This document shows positions 18,628-29,175 of a DNA stretch of 64,000 nt, piece after piece. The DNA comes from a virus (lineage: Duplodnaviria; Caudoviricetes): positions 1,588 to 65,587 of IMG/VR virus record IMGVR_UViG_3300044981_000315; one strand, written 5' to 3'. The position numbers and the translations under genes were made by a program. Every line of letters begins with the position of its first letter. Positions within the stretch are counted from its first letter, which is position 1. Below the pieces are notes generated by a model that was given only the letters and a program-made list of their open reading frames with translations, did not search any database and was not told the DNA's origin.

Positions 18628-20306
18628 TGTCTAATGAGTCGCCTGCGGCAATTATTTTTGATGAGTTAGGTAATCCAGTTGGTGTTACTAATGCGGATGA
18701 TGGATATTATCGCCTTCAAGTAGATTCTACTACTGTAAAAATTATTCCTACTGTTTCAGTTGCAAACTCCACCACCACACCTTTAGGAGCTGGTGCTACT
18801 TTTAGCGGATCTTCTGAAGATGTTTCTGGTTTCGTTTCTGCCGATATTACTGTTTTATCTGATGTAGCTAGTGCCGATGGTGGATTACTTTTTGAATGGT
18901 CTCAAGATAACATTACTTTTGATTATTCAGAATCGTTTACTATTTTAGCTGGTGTTGGGTCCTTTTATTCTTTATCTGCTAGAGCCAAGTATTTTAGATT
19001 AAGTTATACCAATGGTGCCGCCCCCCAAACTAGTTTTGCTTTATCCACCGTTTATTATCCAATAGATAGATCTATTTTTATTCAAAATCTAGATACCGAT
19101 ATTCCTGCCCAAAAAGCAGTAGAAGTAGTTAGATCAGTATTATCCGCCCAAAAAACAGGTGGAGTTAGTAATAATTACACCAACTTGCAAGCTACTACTG
19201 GTGGTGTTTTAAGAGTTTCTGTAGATACTACAACGGTTCCAGCACTTGGACCAGCTGCGGTGGTACAGCAAGCTAGTATTGGCCCCACTATTGGAACCTC
19301 TTTTTCTCAAACTGTTGCCGATACGGTGTTGGGTAATGCACTTATTGTTTTAGTTATGCAGGGTCAGGGATCTGCAGGCGCTACCTATAATTTTTTTGAT
19401 TCTCAAGGTAATTTATATGCTCAAAATGGTTCAGTTGAAACTCCAGGAGTAGGGCAAATTGATTTATGGTCTACTATCACACAAAATGGTCCCTGTACCG
19501 TTACAGCTGATAATTTCAGTTCAGTTTCGACCGTGGTACTACAGTGTTATGAAGTATCTGGATTGCTTAGTTCAGCACATATTTTTGATCAAATTAGCAC
19601 TAATACGGGAGTAGGTACTTCACTTTCGGCGGGCTCAGTTACGACAAATTATGATGGAGAGTTTTGTATTGCCGCTTTTGCTACTTCTGGCTCCTCTACC
19701 ATTACGGCTGGAGCAGGCTGGACTCAAGATTTGAGTGTGATTGATTTTGGAAGTGAATCTCAAACCCAAAGTGTTGGTGGCATTTTATCTGGAACTGCCA
19801 CGGCAACGCCTTCTGTTCCTTATGTTGGTTTGTTAGCTACTTTTTTTCCAGCTCTTACCTCTAGACCTCTCGTAACCAATTCCAGCGGTCAACTGATAAC
19901 ATTAACAGAAATTACAGATGGTTATGGTAATGGACCGGTTGCAGTTGCGCCACCATTCACATCCGCCACTGCGGCTCAACCAGCTTTGGTTGTTGCTTTT
20001 TCTCCCAATACTCCTCTTACCGTTACTGAAGCCCGTCCTTCTGTCAATACTACTCATAGTGTCGCAGCATCTCTGACCAACGTATCCCTTTTATCATCTA
20101 ATAGCATTAGGCTGGGAGCCACCCTTTATAATGACTCTTCCTCTGTTCTATATGTTAAGTTAGGAACTTTAGCTAGTTTAACTGATTTTACTATTCGACT
20201 ATTTCCATTTTGTTATTATGAGATACCATATGGGTATGTAGGCGAGATTGATGGATTTTGGACACGGGCAACGGGCTTTGCCCGTGTTGGAGAACTAACA
20301 CTTTAA
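18627..20306 (+). CDS. Fibre/appendage structural protein (MSxESP family)
   Basis: S/T/G/A-rich beta protein; N-terminus MSNESPAAIIFD paralogous to 20365 and 21993; C-terminal domain shared with 20365. Confidence 0.6.
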   Translation: MSNESPAAIIFDELGNPVGVTNADDGYYRLQVDSTTVKIIPTVSVANSTTTPLGAGATFSGSSEDVSGFVSADITVLSDVASADGGLLFEWSQDNITFDYSESFTILAGVGSFYSLSARAKYFRLSYTNGAAPQTSFALSTVYYPIDRSIFIQNLDTDIPAQKAVEVVRSVLSAQKTGGVSNNYTNLQATTGGVLRVSVDTTTVPALGPAAVVQQASIGPTIGTSFSQTVADTVLGNALIVLVMQGQGSAGATYNFFDSQGNLYAQNGSVETPGVGQIDLWSTITQNGPCTVTADNFSSVSTVVLQCYEVSGLLSSAHIFDQISTNTGVGTSLSAGSVTTNYDGEFCIAAFATSGSSTITAGAGWTQDLSVIDFGSESQTQSVGGILSGTATATPSVPYVGLLATFFPALTSRPLVTNSSGQLITLTEITDGYGNGPVAVAPPFTSATAAQPALVVAFSPNTPLTVTEARPSVNTTHSVAASLTNVSLLSSNSIRLGATLYNDSSSVLYVKLGTLASLTDFTIRLFPFCYYEIPYGYVGEIDGFWTRATGFARVGELTL

Positions 20307-20364
20307 TACTATGAATAAAAACACATTATACATAGAAAGATAACTCTTACTTACAGGAATACTC

Positions 20365-21843
20365 ATGTCAGGACAATCCCCCGCCGTCGTACTTTATTCT
20401 AGCGATGGTACCGAACTTACCGTACCTAGTGGCAGCATAGTTCCTGCTGGTACACGAACAGTTCTCATTTCAGGACGGAACCCAGCTAGTGATGCTCTCT
20501 ACGTACCAAGCGCAATTAATGGCAATCTAGGTATTGCCATCATGAGCGATGGATACTATGTGCAATCGTCTGCTACAGTAACCGCTTCAGGTTCTCAAAT
20601 TGTTGCGCTTAATTATTTCGGTACCCAAGAAATTGCTCTCATCGTTAATGTTGGAACAGTAACTGGTGCCGGCTCTATTCAATACACCATTCAAGAACTT
20701 GATCCAGGTGACGGTGTAACGGTCTATGGTAATTCTGCCACTACTTCTGTTATCAACTCTGGTAATACTCCTGGCGTCTTTACTGCTGTTTTAAACGTTA
20801 CCACTAGCCCATCGGTTAAAGTTACTTGGACCGTCACTGGCACTTTCAGTGCAACCATTTACTCTACTATCTCCACTAAGAGTACTCCAGCTACTCAGAC
20901 TATTAATGGTACCGTTGCTGTCAGTTCTGTCGGCGGTACTGTCGCTGTTACCCAATCTACTAGTCCTTGGGTAGTAAGCGGAACCATAACTGCTAATCAA
21001 GGTACTCCAAACAGTTTAGCTAACGCATGGCCAATTGAAATAACCGATGGTTATGGCAATATTCAGGGTTCATCTGTTAATCCGGTCTGGGTGCAAGGTT
21101 CTATTATGGTTGCCAACCCATCTGTTGGTCCAACTGCTTCTGCTCCCCCAGCAGACGCTACTTATGTTGGCGCCTTGGTTACTACAGCTGCTGAATCTGG
21201 CTTGACCAGCGGTGATATGTATCCATTCAACTTAACTACTACCGGTCAATTACGTATCGACGGTGTGTACCCACTTACTACGGCTGTAGCTACAGCAGTT
21301 GATATGAATCAAGTTGGTGGAGTTGTGACTACAGCTGCACCAACTTATACTACGGCTACGGTTAATGCTTTATCTTTAACTACTGCTGGTTTGTTGCGTA
21401 TTGATGGTGTGTATCCGATCAACGCTACTACCCCAACTACTGACGTAACTTTCGTAGGTGGTGCCGTAACTACTTCTGCTCCAACTTATACTACCGGTCA
21501 GTTAAGTGCCCTATCTTTGGATACTCTTGGTAATTTGCGCGTCACTGCTTTGACTAACAAAGCAAGTACATCTAACGTTACTTCTGTGGCTGTTACTGCA
21601 AACGCTGCAACTCAATTATTAGCAGCTAACACTACCCCTAGAATTTTTGCATCACTTTATAATAATACTAACAAAAGTGCTTACATTTTATATGGATCCG
21701 GAACGGCTAGTGCTACTAACTTTTCTATCGTATTATTGCCAAGCTCTTATTTGGAAGTTCCAGTTGATTGGATTGGGATTGTGAGTGAATTTTCTCCATC
21801 GGGCGCGTCAGGAAATTTCCTCTGTACAGAACTCACACCATAA
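20365..21843 (+). CDS. Fibre/appendage structural protein with internal repeats
   Basis: Three VGGxVTTxAPTYTT..LSLTTxGxLRIDG-type repeats; MSGQSPAVVLY N-terminus. Confidence 0.6.
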   Translation: MSGQSPAVVLYSSDGTELTVPSGSIVPAGTRTVLISGRNPASDALYVPSAINGNLGIAIMSDGYYVQSSATVTASGSQIVALNYFGTQEIALIVNVGTVTGAGSIQYTIQELDPGDGVTVYGNSATTSVINSGNTPGVFTAVLNVTTSPSVKVTWTVTGTFSATIYSTISTKSTPATQTINGTVAVSSVGGTVAVTQSTSPWVVSGTITANQGTPNSLANAWPIEITDGYGNIQGSSVNPVWVQGSIMVANPSVGPTASAPPADATYVGALVTTAAESGLTSGDMYPFNLTTTGQLRIDGVYPLTTAVATAVDMNQVGGVVTTAAPTYTTATVNALSLTTAGLLRIDGVYPINATTPTTDVTFVGGAVTTSAPTYTTGQLSALSLDTLGNLRVTALTNKASTSNVTSVAVTANAATQLLAANTTPRIFASLYNNTNKSAYILYGSGTASATNFSIVLLPSSYLEVPVDWIGIVSEFSPSGASGNFLCTELTP

Positions 21844-21992
21844 CAGATCTAACTGTATGATATGATTGGTGAAAATCAAATATTAGGTGACTATAGACCG
21901 TTGATATATAATGATAGTAATGAGAAAGAAAGTTTGATGAAATCAATTTATATCAATGAGGTAAGAAGAGCCGCTCAAAAAAGGAAAATACA

Positions 21993-22952
21993 GTGAGCGG
22001 AGAATCCCCTAACGTTATCCTATATGATGTCAATGGGCAGGAAATGTCCGTCTCTAATGGGGCGGCTATTCCTGCTGGCACATCAGCATTGATGATTGCT
22101 GGTTCTGATGGTACCAACTCCAGATTTTTAACACTAGATACATCAGGAAGACAAATTGTAGTTGGCGCTGCCGCAGCGAACGCCACTCCGGCAGGTAATC
22201 CTCTTTATGTTGGTGGTAGCGTAACAACCTCTGCTCCTACCTATACTACTGCTACTGTTAATCCTTTATCTTTGACTACAATTGGACAATTGAGAATCGA
22301 TGGCGCCTATCCACTGACAACAGCAGTGGCAACAGCCGTGGATATGCATCAGGTGGGTGGTGTGGTTACTACCTCCTCCCCATCTGGTTATACTAACGCT
22401 ACTATTAACGCATTGTCATTGACTACTGCTGGTGCTTTACGTGTGGATGGATCTGCCGTTACTCAGCCGGTTTCAGGCACAGTGACTGCTAACCAAGGAA
22501 CCGCAAATACACTCGCCAATGCTTGGACAACAGAAATCACCGATGGTACTCATGGCCCAGTTTCTGTTACAGCAGCCTCCACTTCTGCAGTAGCTACTAA
22601 TCCAGCATTAGTGGTATCTCAAACACCTAATCTTCCACTCACCAATACTACTACTTCAGTTAATATTAATGCTAGTACCAATGGTAACAATACTTTAGTG
22701 GCTGGTGTAGCCGGGAAGACTGTTCGAGTTTTTAAGGTAGCTCTAGTTTTTTCAGTAGGAGGCACTGTTATTTTCCAAGATGGTAATTCTACGGCATTAT
22801 CAGGTCCCTTTATATTGAATGCTGGGGCTACTATTGTGTTGGATATGGATATCACTAATCCATGGTTTCTAACTTCTACTGGTAATGCTTTTGTTATTAA
22901 CTTGTCGGGTGGAGCTGCCGTTGGTGGCGTTTTATACTATACACAATCCTAA
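21993..22952 (+). CDS. Fibre/appendage structural protein (paralog of 20365)
   Basis: AAGGA RBS with GTG start; same repeats and ANQGTxNxLANAW module. Confidence 0.6.
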   Translation: MSGESPNVILYDVNGQEMSVSNGAAIPAGTSALMIAGSDGTNSRFLTLDTSGRQIVVGAAAANATPAGNPLYVGGSVTTSAPTYTTATVNPLSLTTIGQLRIDGAYPLTTAVATAVDMHQVGGVVTTSSPSGYTNATINALSLTTAGALRVDGSAVTQPVSGTVTANQGTANTLANAWTTEITDGTHGPVSVTAASTSAVATNPALVVSQTPNLPLTNTTTSVNINASTNGNNTLVAGVAGKTVRVFKVALVFSVGGTVIFQDGNSTALSGPFILNAGATIVLDMDITNPWFLTSTGNAFVINLSGGAAVGGVLYYTQS

Positions 22953-22960
22953 AGGTCTAT

Positions 22961-23269
22961 ATGAGTTATATTTTTAATCCAAGTTCCGGTAGTACATTTT
23001 CTCCAGGATCTATTGATGTGGTATTGAATGGAAAATCTGATGAAACATTGGGGTCCGTAACTGGGCTTTCGGGAACACCGGCGCATGTGATAGCTGTTTC
23101 TTTATATGAAGAAAGTGTAACCGTTCAAAGTGGGTTAATTTATGCATTTAATGTGACTGCTCTCAATTCTAATGGTTTTTCTTATAGACTACATGTCACT
23201 GGAAATGAATATTGGCCCGGTACTAGCTCAGTTACGATCAAGGTCAATTATGTCTGGTCAAGCGTATAA
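22961..23269 (+). CDS. Small beta-rich structural protein
   Basis: 102-aa ORF with AAGG RBS in the fibre cluster. Confidence 0.5.
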   Translation: MSYIFNPSSGSTFSPGSIDVVLNGKSDETLGSVTGLSGTPAHVIAVSLYEESVTVQSGLIYAFNVTALNSNGFSYRLHVTGNEYWPGTSSVTIKVNYVWSSV

Positions 23270-23328
23270 AAGGCAAATAATATGTCGCAATTTTGTAATT
23301 TTAACTCTGCCATCCAAAAAGGTATATT

Positions 23329-24885
23329 ATGAGTCTTGTACAAGATCCAGCTACGGCGACAGCTGCTAATGTAGCACCTGCAGGTAATGCAGCTACCACC
23401 GGTGAAGCTGCCCTAGTTGTAGCTATAAGTCCTAATTCTCCAATTCCAACAGGTACCAATAGTATTGGTTCGGCGAAAGTACAGGGGCTAGAAGTTGTAG
23501 GTAACGCCCCGTCTTTCAATCCGCTTTTCCAAGCTTATATTGATATTAACGGTAATGTTAGGTATCCAACTACCAATGTTGTTGCTGGTGGTGGTTTCGG
23601 CGGGCCTACGACGTATTCCAATGTCGTCACTGACCTAGAAGGATTTAGAGACGACTTCCAGGGCACGAATCTCATACAGAACATTGCGGGCACGTGCACG
23701 TTTACGAACGGACAAGCGACAGTCATGGGTTCCGGAACTTCGTTCATTAGCGCGCTCAATACCGCCGACATTTACGTCAAACTCTCAACAGACCCAAATT
23801 CAGATTTTACGAAGCTTGCCGTCCAACCATTCTATGAGTCAATAAATGGCAACACCGTTCTTCAACTTGTCTCCAACTATCCGGGTAGCACAGGATCGGG
23901 CACAGGCGTTTGGACCTATTGGGCTCCTACTATTGGGACGGGAGGATCTATCGTAGAAGGTTCTTCACCTGCAGCTGCATCTCAAGTAGCTTTAGAGACT
24001 GGTACAACGAATGGTAGCTATACGTATTTGCAACACGGAACGCATTTTATCGCCCCCTGCAACATTACGGTTTACGCATCGGTTTCGCAAGCCATTGCTA
24101 ACCAAGAATTTGCTATTGGCTTGGTCGATAATATTACGTCTCCAGGTTTTCAGTGTTTGCTTATTTTTAACGGAACTAATAATACGCAAGTTACATTGCG
24201 AACTGGTACACCCGCTGTCAATGGCGGAAGCGCGGCAATTGAAAATGAAGTTGGAGTTCTTCCTAATTCTCTAACTACGGCAACACAAATACGTTATAGA
24301 ATAGTTGCGTCCGAGGATGCGGTTATTCTTTTTGCGAATGATGTACCGATTGCTCGTAATAAGCTACATTTGCCAACGCTATATAATCCACAACCATTGA
24401 CAATAGCGGCGTATAACACAGGAACACCAGGCTCATCTACCAACCTTATTGTGGATGTAATCGGTATCACTGCTCACGACAAGGTTGAAGTGGAAATGGC
24501 GACCACACCGCAACCGGCACCTTCCCAGATTTCTGGATTTGATGCAAGCGGAAATTATCAGCAAGCTACCGTAGTTGGTAATGGCGCAACATCAGTCACC
24601 ACCTCCTCTTCTTTGGTGGTAGCTATAAGCCCTAATTCTCCGTTGCCAGCAGGAACTAATGCTGTTGGCACTGTGACGGTAACGGGAACCAATCCTGATG
24701 GCACCATATTTACTGGAAATCCTGTGATTGGTGGCGGTGTGGATCTTAATAGTTTAACGCAGAATATTTCAGCATTAAATTGGAATGGTTCAACATTGTT
24801 ACAGGTGATAGATCCCCAAACGCAAAATAAATTAGATACTATAATTTTGCTTTTGACAGACATTAGAGAAGCATTATTAAAATGA
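23329..24885 (+). CDS. Fibre/appendage protein with a central lectin-like beta-sandwich
   Basis: LVVAISPNSP module at both ends flanking a compositionally distinct central domain. Confidence 0.55.
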   Translation: MSLVQDPATATAANVAPAGNAATTGEAALVVAISPNSPIPTGTNSIGSAKVQGLEVVGNAPSFNPLFQAYIDINGNVRYPTTNVVAGGGFGGPTTYSNVVTDLEGFRDDFQGTNLIQNIAGTCTFTNGQATVMGSGTSFISALNTADIYVKLSTDPNSDFTKLAVQPFYESINGNTVLQLVSNYPGSTGSGTGVWTYWAPTIGTGGSIVEGSSPAAASQVALETGTTNGSYTYLQHGTHFIAPCNITVYASVSQAIANQEFAIGLVDNITSPGFQCLLIFNGTNNTQVTLRTGTPAVNGGSAAIENEVGVLPNSLTTATQIRYRIVASEDAVILFANDVPIARNKLHLPTLYNPQPLTIAAYNTGTPGSSTNLIVDVIGITAHDKVEVEMATTPQPAPSQISGFDASGNYQQATVVGNGATSVTTSSSLVVAISPNSPLPAGTNAVGTVTVTGTNPDGTIFTGNPVIGGGVDLNSLTQNISALNWNGSTLLQVIDPQTQNKLDTIILLLTDIREALLK

Positions 24886-24955
24886 TGTAGGTGAGCCGAG
24901 GATATAATGTGCATTTTTGTGCATGAATAATAAGATAAAGTTTAGGAGATAAGTT

Positions 24956-25597
24956 ATGGCTATAGAAATTAATGGACGTACTGGTATTATGGGGCAACAG
25001 ACATCATTGAGTGATGGGATCAACATTGATCCATGGTTGGGGCCACAATCTCAAACGATGGTTGCTGATTGGGCTCCACGTTATTCCGAATTGGCTAGAA
25101 AAGGTATGCTATTCAATGGAGCTAATCAAGCCTCTCAAGCTGTTACGTCTCTGAATGCAACGGCTACCGGTTTAATTCTTATAAATCCATTAGGTTCTGG
25201 AAAAAACTTATGGGTAGTTGAAATAATGGTTGCTCAAACTTCAACTGCTGCAGCTACTGCTAATGCTGCCGTTACTCTAGCAGCTAATACTAATCCGCTT
25301 GCTTTAGGATCATATACACTCACTACATCTCTTACTATTAACTCAGCATTGCTTGGTAGCATTGCTACTCCAGTAGGTAAACTTTTATCATCTGCAACAT
25401 TACCTGCAGCCCCAGTTATCGTCCGCAGCATTTGGCAACCCAGCGTAAGCGCTACCGCTACTACTGCTATTCCGCCTTTTATTAAGGATGAAGTAGCCGG
25501 TGCAGTTGGCGTTGCTCCAGGATGTGCCATTTCTCTTTCAGCAGCATCTGCTTTGTCAGCCATTTCTTCGATAACTTGGTGCGAACTACCACAATAA
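24956..25597 (+). CDS. Virion structural protein
   Basis: AGGAG RBS; A/T/S-rich beta protein in the fibre cluster. Confidence 0.55.
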   Translation: MAIEINGRTGIMGQQTSLSDGINIDPWLGPQSQTMVADWAPRYSELARKGMLFNGANQASQAVTSLNATATGLILINPLGSGKNLWVVEIMVAQTSTAAATANAAVTLAANTNPLALGSYTLTTSLTINSALLGSIATPVGKLLSSATLPAAPVIVRSIWQPSVSATATTAIPPFIKDEVAGAVGVAPGCAISLSAASALSAISSITWCELPQ

Positions 25598-25623
25598 TCT
25601 TATAAATAGGATATGGTCAGTAT

Positions 25624-26094
25624 ATGAGTTTAATTCAAGACCCGACTACCAGTACTGCTGCCAATGTAATGTCGCCGAACCAGGTAGTTACAGATGGATA
25701 TGCAGCCTTAGTTGTCACCATTTCTCCTAATAGCCCTACTACTACCATTTCGTCCGCTACGACGATTTTTAGGCTATTATCAGCTGCAACAACCAATGCA
25801 ACTAGCATTAAAGCTTCTACTGGTGTTTTGTATGGATGGTCTATCCAAAATACTAACGCCTCGCAAAGATATATTAAATTATATAATAAAGCCTCTGCTC
25901 CTGCGGTTGGAACAGATACGCCGGTAATGACTTTGCTTATTCCTGGTGCTTCTGCTGGTGCTGGTAATAACTTAGCAGGGATAGCTATCAATTTTAGTAC
26001 CGGAATTGCGTTAGCCACTACGGTTAATCCAACAGATTCTGATACCACAGCAGTGGCTCTAGACGACTTAATTATTAATCTGTTTTACATCTAA
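25624..26094 (+). CDS. Small fibre-associated structural protein
   Basis: MSLIQDPTTSTAANV..LVVTISPNSP N-terminus shared with 23329. Confidence 0.55.
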   Translation: MSLIQDPTTSTAANVMSPNQVVTDGYAALVVTISPNSPTTTISSATTIFRLLSAATTNATSIKASTGVLYGWSIQNTNASQRYIKLYNKASAPAVGTDTPVMTLLIPGASAGAGNNLAGIAINFSTGIALATTVNPTDSDTTAVALDDLIINLFYI

Positions 26095-26102
26095 GGAAGA
26101 AA

Positions 26103-27257
26103 ATGACTATATCGCAACAAATAATTGTACTGAATGTAGCTGGCGAATTAGATGGTTCGTTCCAAGTATCAGGTGTCTTTTGGCTCGTTACTCCAGCCAA
26201 CGATGTGGTGGCGAATCCATTATTTCGCAGTGAGGTGCCTAATATCCTCGTTTCTGACCTGGCCTATTTGCGTGCCGGAACCAATCTTGAAGTTCCGTTC
26301 AATACTCAAACTTTCCTATCTAACAATGGCACGTTTCCTCCTGGAACGACACTGGCTACTGTGCAGGCAGATCTGCAGGCCCAGTATACCGTGGTGCAGA
26401 ACCAGCTCAACACAACGAATCCAGTATTATCCAACTTGATCGAAACATCCTATAACGGTACCAGTTGGGCATCATATGCTGGAGTAGCACCTCCAGAATA
26501 TTTGTTGGGTAACCTAGTCAACGTGTCGACGACGTTAGATTTTCGTTTATCGGTGGCTATTGGATTACTTCCTAGCGTCATTTCTGGTCATACGACGGGT
26601 TATGTTGCTGCAGCATCAGCTGGAAATACCAACGTACGAGCTACCACCTACGTTCCACAGACCTCACAAGGTCAGCGCAGCCTGGTTTCCACTAGCGCAC
26701 TTGATGCATCTGCTGGCGTTGGCGCCCGTACCATCACTATTAACTACCTCAACAATTCCATGCAACTGTTGCAAGACGTTGTTACGCTCAACGGCACCAC
26801 AGCGGTGAACACCAACGCAACCGACATTCAGTTCATTGAGAACATGTATGTGTCAAGCTGTGGTACCGATCTAATCAATGAAGGTACCGTATCGATGATG
26901 ACAGGACTAGCTGGTGCAGGAACGGCAATGGCTTCCATCAATGCTCTTGATGGGGCTACGTTCTACGCTCACCACTATGTTCCACCAGGTGTCAATTGTT
27001 ACATAACCAAGGGTACAGGTAGTGGAACATTAGCTGTGGGTCGTTCTTATCTCACTGTCGGCGGTGATCCTCGAACAACTGCGCCCAAGTTACAGATCGG
27101 CGACATTGTTGTACATCTGGCTGGAGGAACCGAAGACCACGAGTACGATACGCCCCTTGTCGTAGCTGGACCCAACTATATTCTCGCATGTGAATTTCCC
27201 GTGAGCGCAGTCGCTAGCAACACGGCTTACGCTTCTTTTGACTGGATGCAGGTGTAA
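26103..27257 (+). CDS. Virion structural protein
   Basis: AAGGA RBS; 384-aa beta-rich ORF. Confidence 0.55.
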   Translation: MTISQQIIVLNVAGELDGSFQVSGVFWLVTPANDVVANPLFRSEVPNILVSDLAYLRAGTNLEVPFNTQTFLSNNGTFPPGTTLATVQADLQAQYTVVQNQLNTTNPVLSNLIETSYNGTSWASYAGVAPPEYLLGNLVNVSTTLDFRLSVAIGLLPSVISGHTTGYVAAASAGNTNVRATTYVPQTSQGQRSLVSTSALDASAGVGARTITINYLNNSMQLLQDVVTLNGTTAVNTNATDIQFIENMYVSSCGTDLINEGTVSMMTGLAGAGTAMASINALDGATFYAHHYVPPGVNCYITKGTGSGTLAVGRSYLTVGGDPRTTAPKLQIGDIVVHLAGGTEDHEYDTPLVVAGPNYILACEFPVSAVASNTAYASFDWMQV

Positions 27258-27259
27258 TT

Positions 27260-27649
27260 ATGACAGTAGCACGATCAACAGGCGCTTTTGTAGGAACCAG
27301 CGAAACCGTTGGTGTCACTATTGGTAATGGTTCAACTACTACTGGTTCAGAAGTGGATTTATTTGGCAACAATACCTCAGAAGGTTGGTTTAATTTATAT
27401 CTTGCTTTCACATCTACGGTGACAGCGGGATCACTTAATGTAACTTTGTACTATGGACGTGTAACAGGTGAAGAAGCGCAACAACAGGCTAACATTGTGG
27501 CTTCTTTTGCCCCCATCAATGGAAATCAAATCATTTATTGTGGCGCCTTTCAGGCAAGCCGTTTTATGATTGGTGCGGTTACTAATAGTTCCACGGGCGC
27601 CTCAGCTACCAACGTTTCACTCCTGTATGAATTGTTCCAGGAGAGTTAA
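27260..27649 (+). CDS. Small structural protein
   Basis: 129-aa beta-rich ORF, translationally coupled to the next gene. Confidence 0.5.
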   Translation: MTVARSTGAFVGTSETVGVTIGNGSTTTGSEVDLFGNNTSEGWFNLYLAFTSTVTAGSLNVTLYYGRVTGEEAQQQANIVASFAPINGNQIIYCGAFQASRFMIGAVTNSSTGASATNVSLLYELFQES

Positions 27650-28443
27650 TGATTATTTATCCTAATTCCAGAAGAATTGCCACCAATCAAGGAAGTCTTA
27701 ACTTCAATGGCTTTTCCAACAATGGAAATGGGCTGTACGTAGCTAACAACTTGTCCCAATTTGGGCTGTCGCAGCAGTCGTTCACTGTTACCATGTGGAT
27801 CTATATCCCATATGGGTACCAGACGAACGACACCATGGCGCTGTTCAACTTCGGATCATCTGGCACGGCAGGCGTGTTGGTCAACATGTCTACCTACAAT
27901 CCGGTTCAAGTCGTGGTCTATTGTGATGGCAACTATACGCCGGGCCCAGATTTGGCCATCGGATGGAACTTCGTGGCGTACACCGGTAATGGCACGACTG
28001 GCATAGAGTATGCTCGTTCGCCGCAAACTGCATTTTCATCCGTGACCGTGACCAATTCGACGGCTACTGGGGGCGCCGGCACCAACCTCGTCTGCGGTAA
28101 TTCTGTCGGTCTTAACAACTCCATGTACGTCGGCTACATGAGCGATATGAAGCTCTACAACTACCCGAAAACGCAAGCTGAACTGATGGTGGAGAGCCGC
28201 CAGCGTCAGCCCATCTCTAAGCGAGGATTGAAGTCCTATTTGCCATTGCGAAATGTTGGCAGCATGCAAAATGATGTATTTAACAATATACAATGGACTC
28301 TTAATGGAACTCGTAGCAACTTTTTAAATTCGTTGCAGGGCTCTCCAGCTCCAGAGGTTGCAACTGTACGAAGGGCCAGATTTCTTAGCCACGCTGCTGC
28401 TTCTCAAAGTCATTTATACATGACAATGGGTGTAGGAAGCTAA
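27649..28443 (+). CDS. LamG/concanavalin-A-like domain protein (candidate receptor-binding)
   Basis: SFTVTMWIY, GWNFVAYT and GYMSDMKLYNYPKTQAEL match the Laminin_G_3 pattern. Confidence 0.7.
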   Translation: MIIYPNSRRIATNQGSLNFNGFSNNGNGLYVANNLSQFGLSQQSFTVTMWIYIPYGYQTNDTMALFNFGSSGTAGVLVNMSTYNPVQVVVYCDGNYTPGPDLAIGWNFVAYTGNGTTGIEYARSPQTAFSSVTVTNSTATGGAGTNLVCGNSVGLNNSMYVGYMSDMKLYNYPKTQAELMVESRQRQPISKRGLKSYLPLRNVGSMQNDVFNNIQWTLNGTRSNFLNSLQGSPAPEVATVRRARFLSHAAASQSHLYMTMGVGS

Positions 28444-28494
28444 GTGAACCGTCATTAAATGATATATTGTATATGGGCATAAGTTAGAGGTCAT

Positions 28495-29175
28495 ATGGCG
28501 AACAAATTTTATATTTATTTAATTACCAACCTGAAAAATGGCAAAGTGTATGTTGGAAAGAGCGTAAACCCCAATAGAAGGTGGAAACGTCATATTAGCA
28601 CCGCTCTCGGTGGTAAAGAAAAATATCCTAAGGAATTTTTTGCACTGCATGCCGCTATGCAAAAATATGGTGTTGAAAAATTTGAAATGAAAGTAGTTGA
28701 AGAGTGTGATAGTGAGGAACATTCATATAAATTAGAAAATGAATGGATGGATAAGCTTCAATCTTTTGAAAGAGAAAAGGGATATAATATTGATAGAGGC
28801 GATAGACATTCAAAAATACCATCGCCAGAAACTCTTAAAAAATTAAGTGATTTGATGTTAGGAGAGAAAAATCCATTTTATGGTAAGCAACACTCCGAGG
28901 AATCAAAAAATAAAATAAGTGAAAGCAAGAAAGGAAGTCAAACTAGATTGGGCGCCGTTCTTTCCGAAGAAACTAAACAGAAGATATCAGAAGGTAATAT
29001 GGGAAAAGCTGCTGGTGAAAAAAGTGGAATGGCAAAATTAAATGATAGCAAAGTACAAGAAATACGCAAACTATATTCAAGTGGTATTTCGGCTGGAAAG
29101 TTAGCAAAATTATATAATGTAGTTAAAAGCACTATTTTAAGCATAATACATAGACGAACTTGGAAGCACATATGA
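28495..29175 (+). CDS. GIY-YIG homing endonuclease with NUMOD3 repeats
   Basis: YIYLITNLKNGKVYVGKS, GYNI, NPFYGKQHSEESKNKISE; C-terminal HTH. Confidence 0.9.
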   Translation: MANKFYIYLITNLKNGKVYVGKSVNPNRRWKRHISTALGGKEKYPKEFFALHAAMQKYGVEKFEMKVVEECDSEEHSYKLENEWMDKLQSFEREKGYNIDRGDRHSKIPSPETLKKLSDLMLGEKNPFYGKQHSEESKNKISESKKGSQTRLGAVLSEETKQKISEGNMGKAAGEKSGMAKLNDSKVQEIRKLYSSGISAGKLAKLYNVVKSTILSIIHRRTWKHI

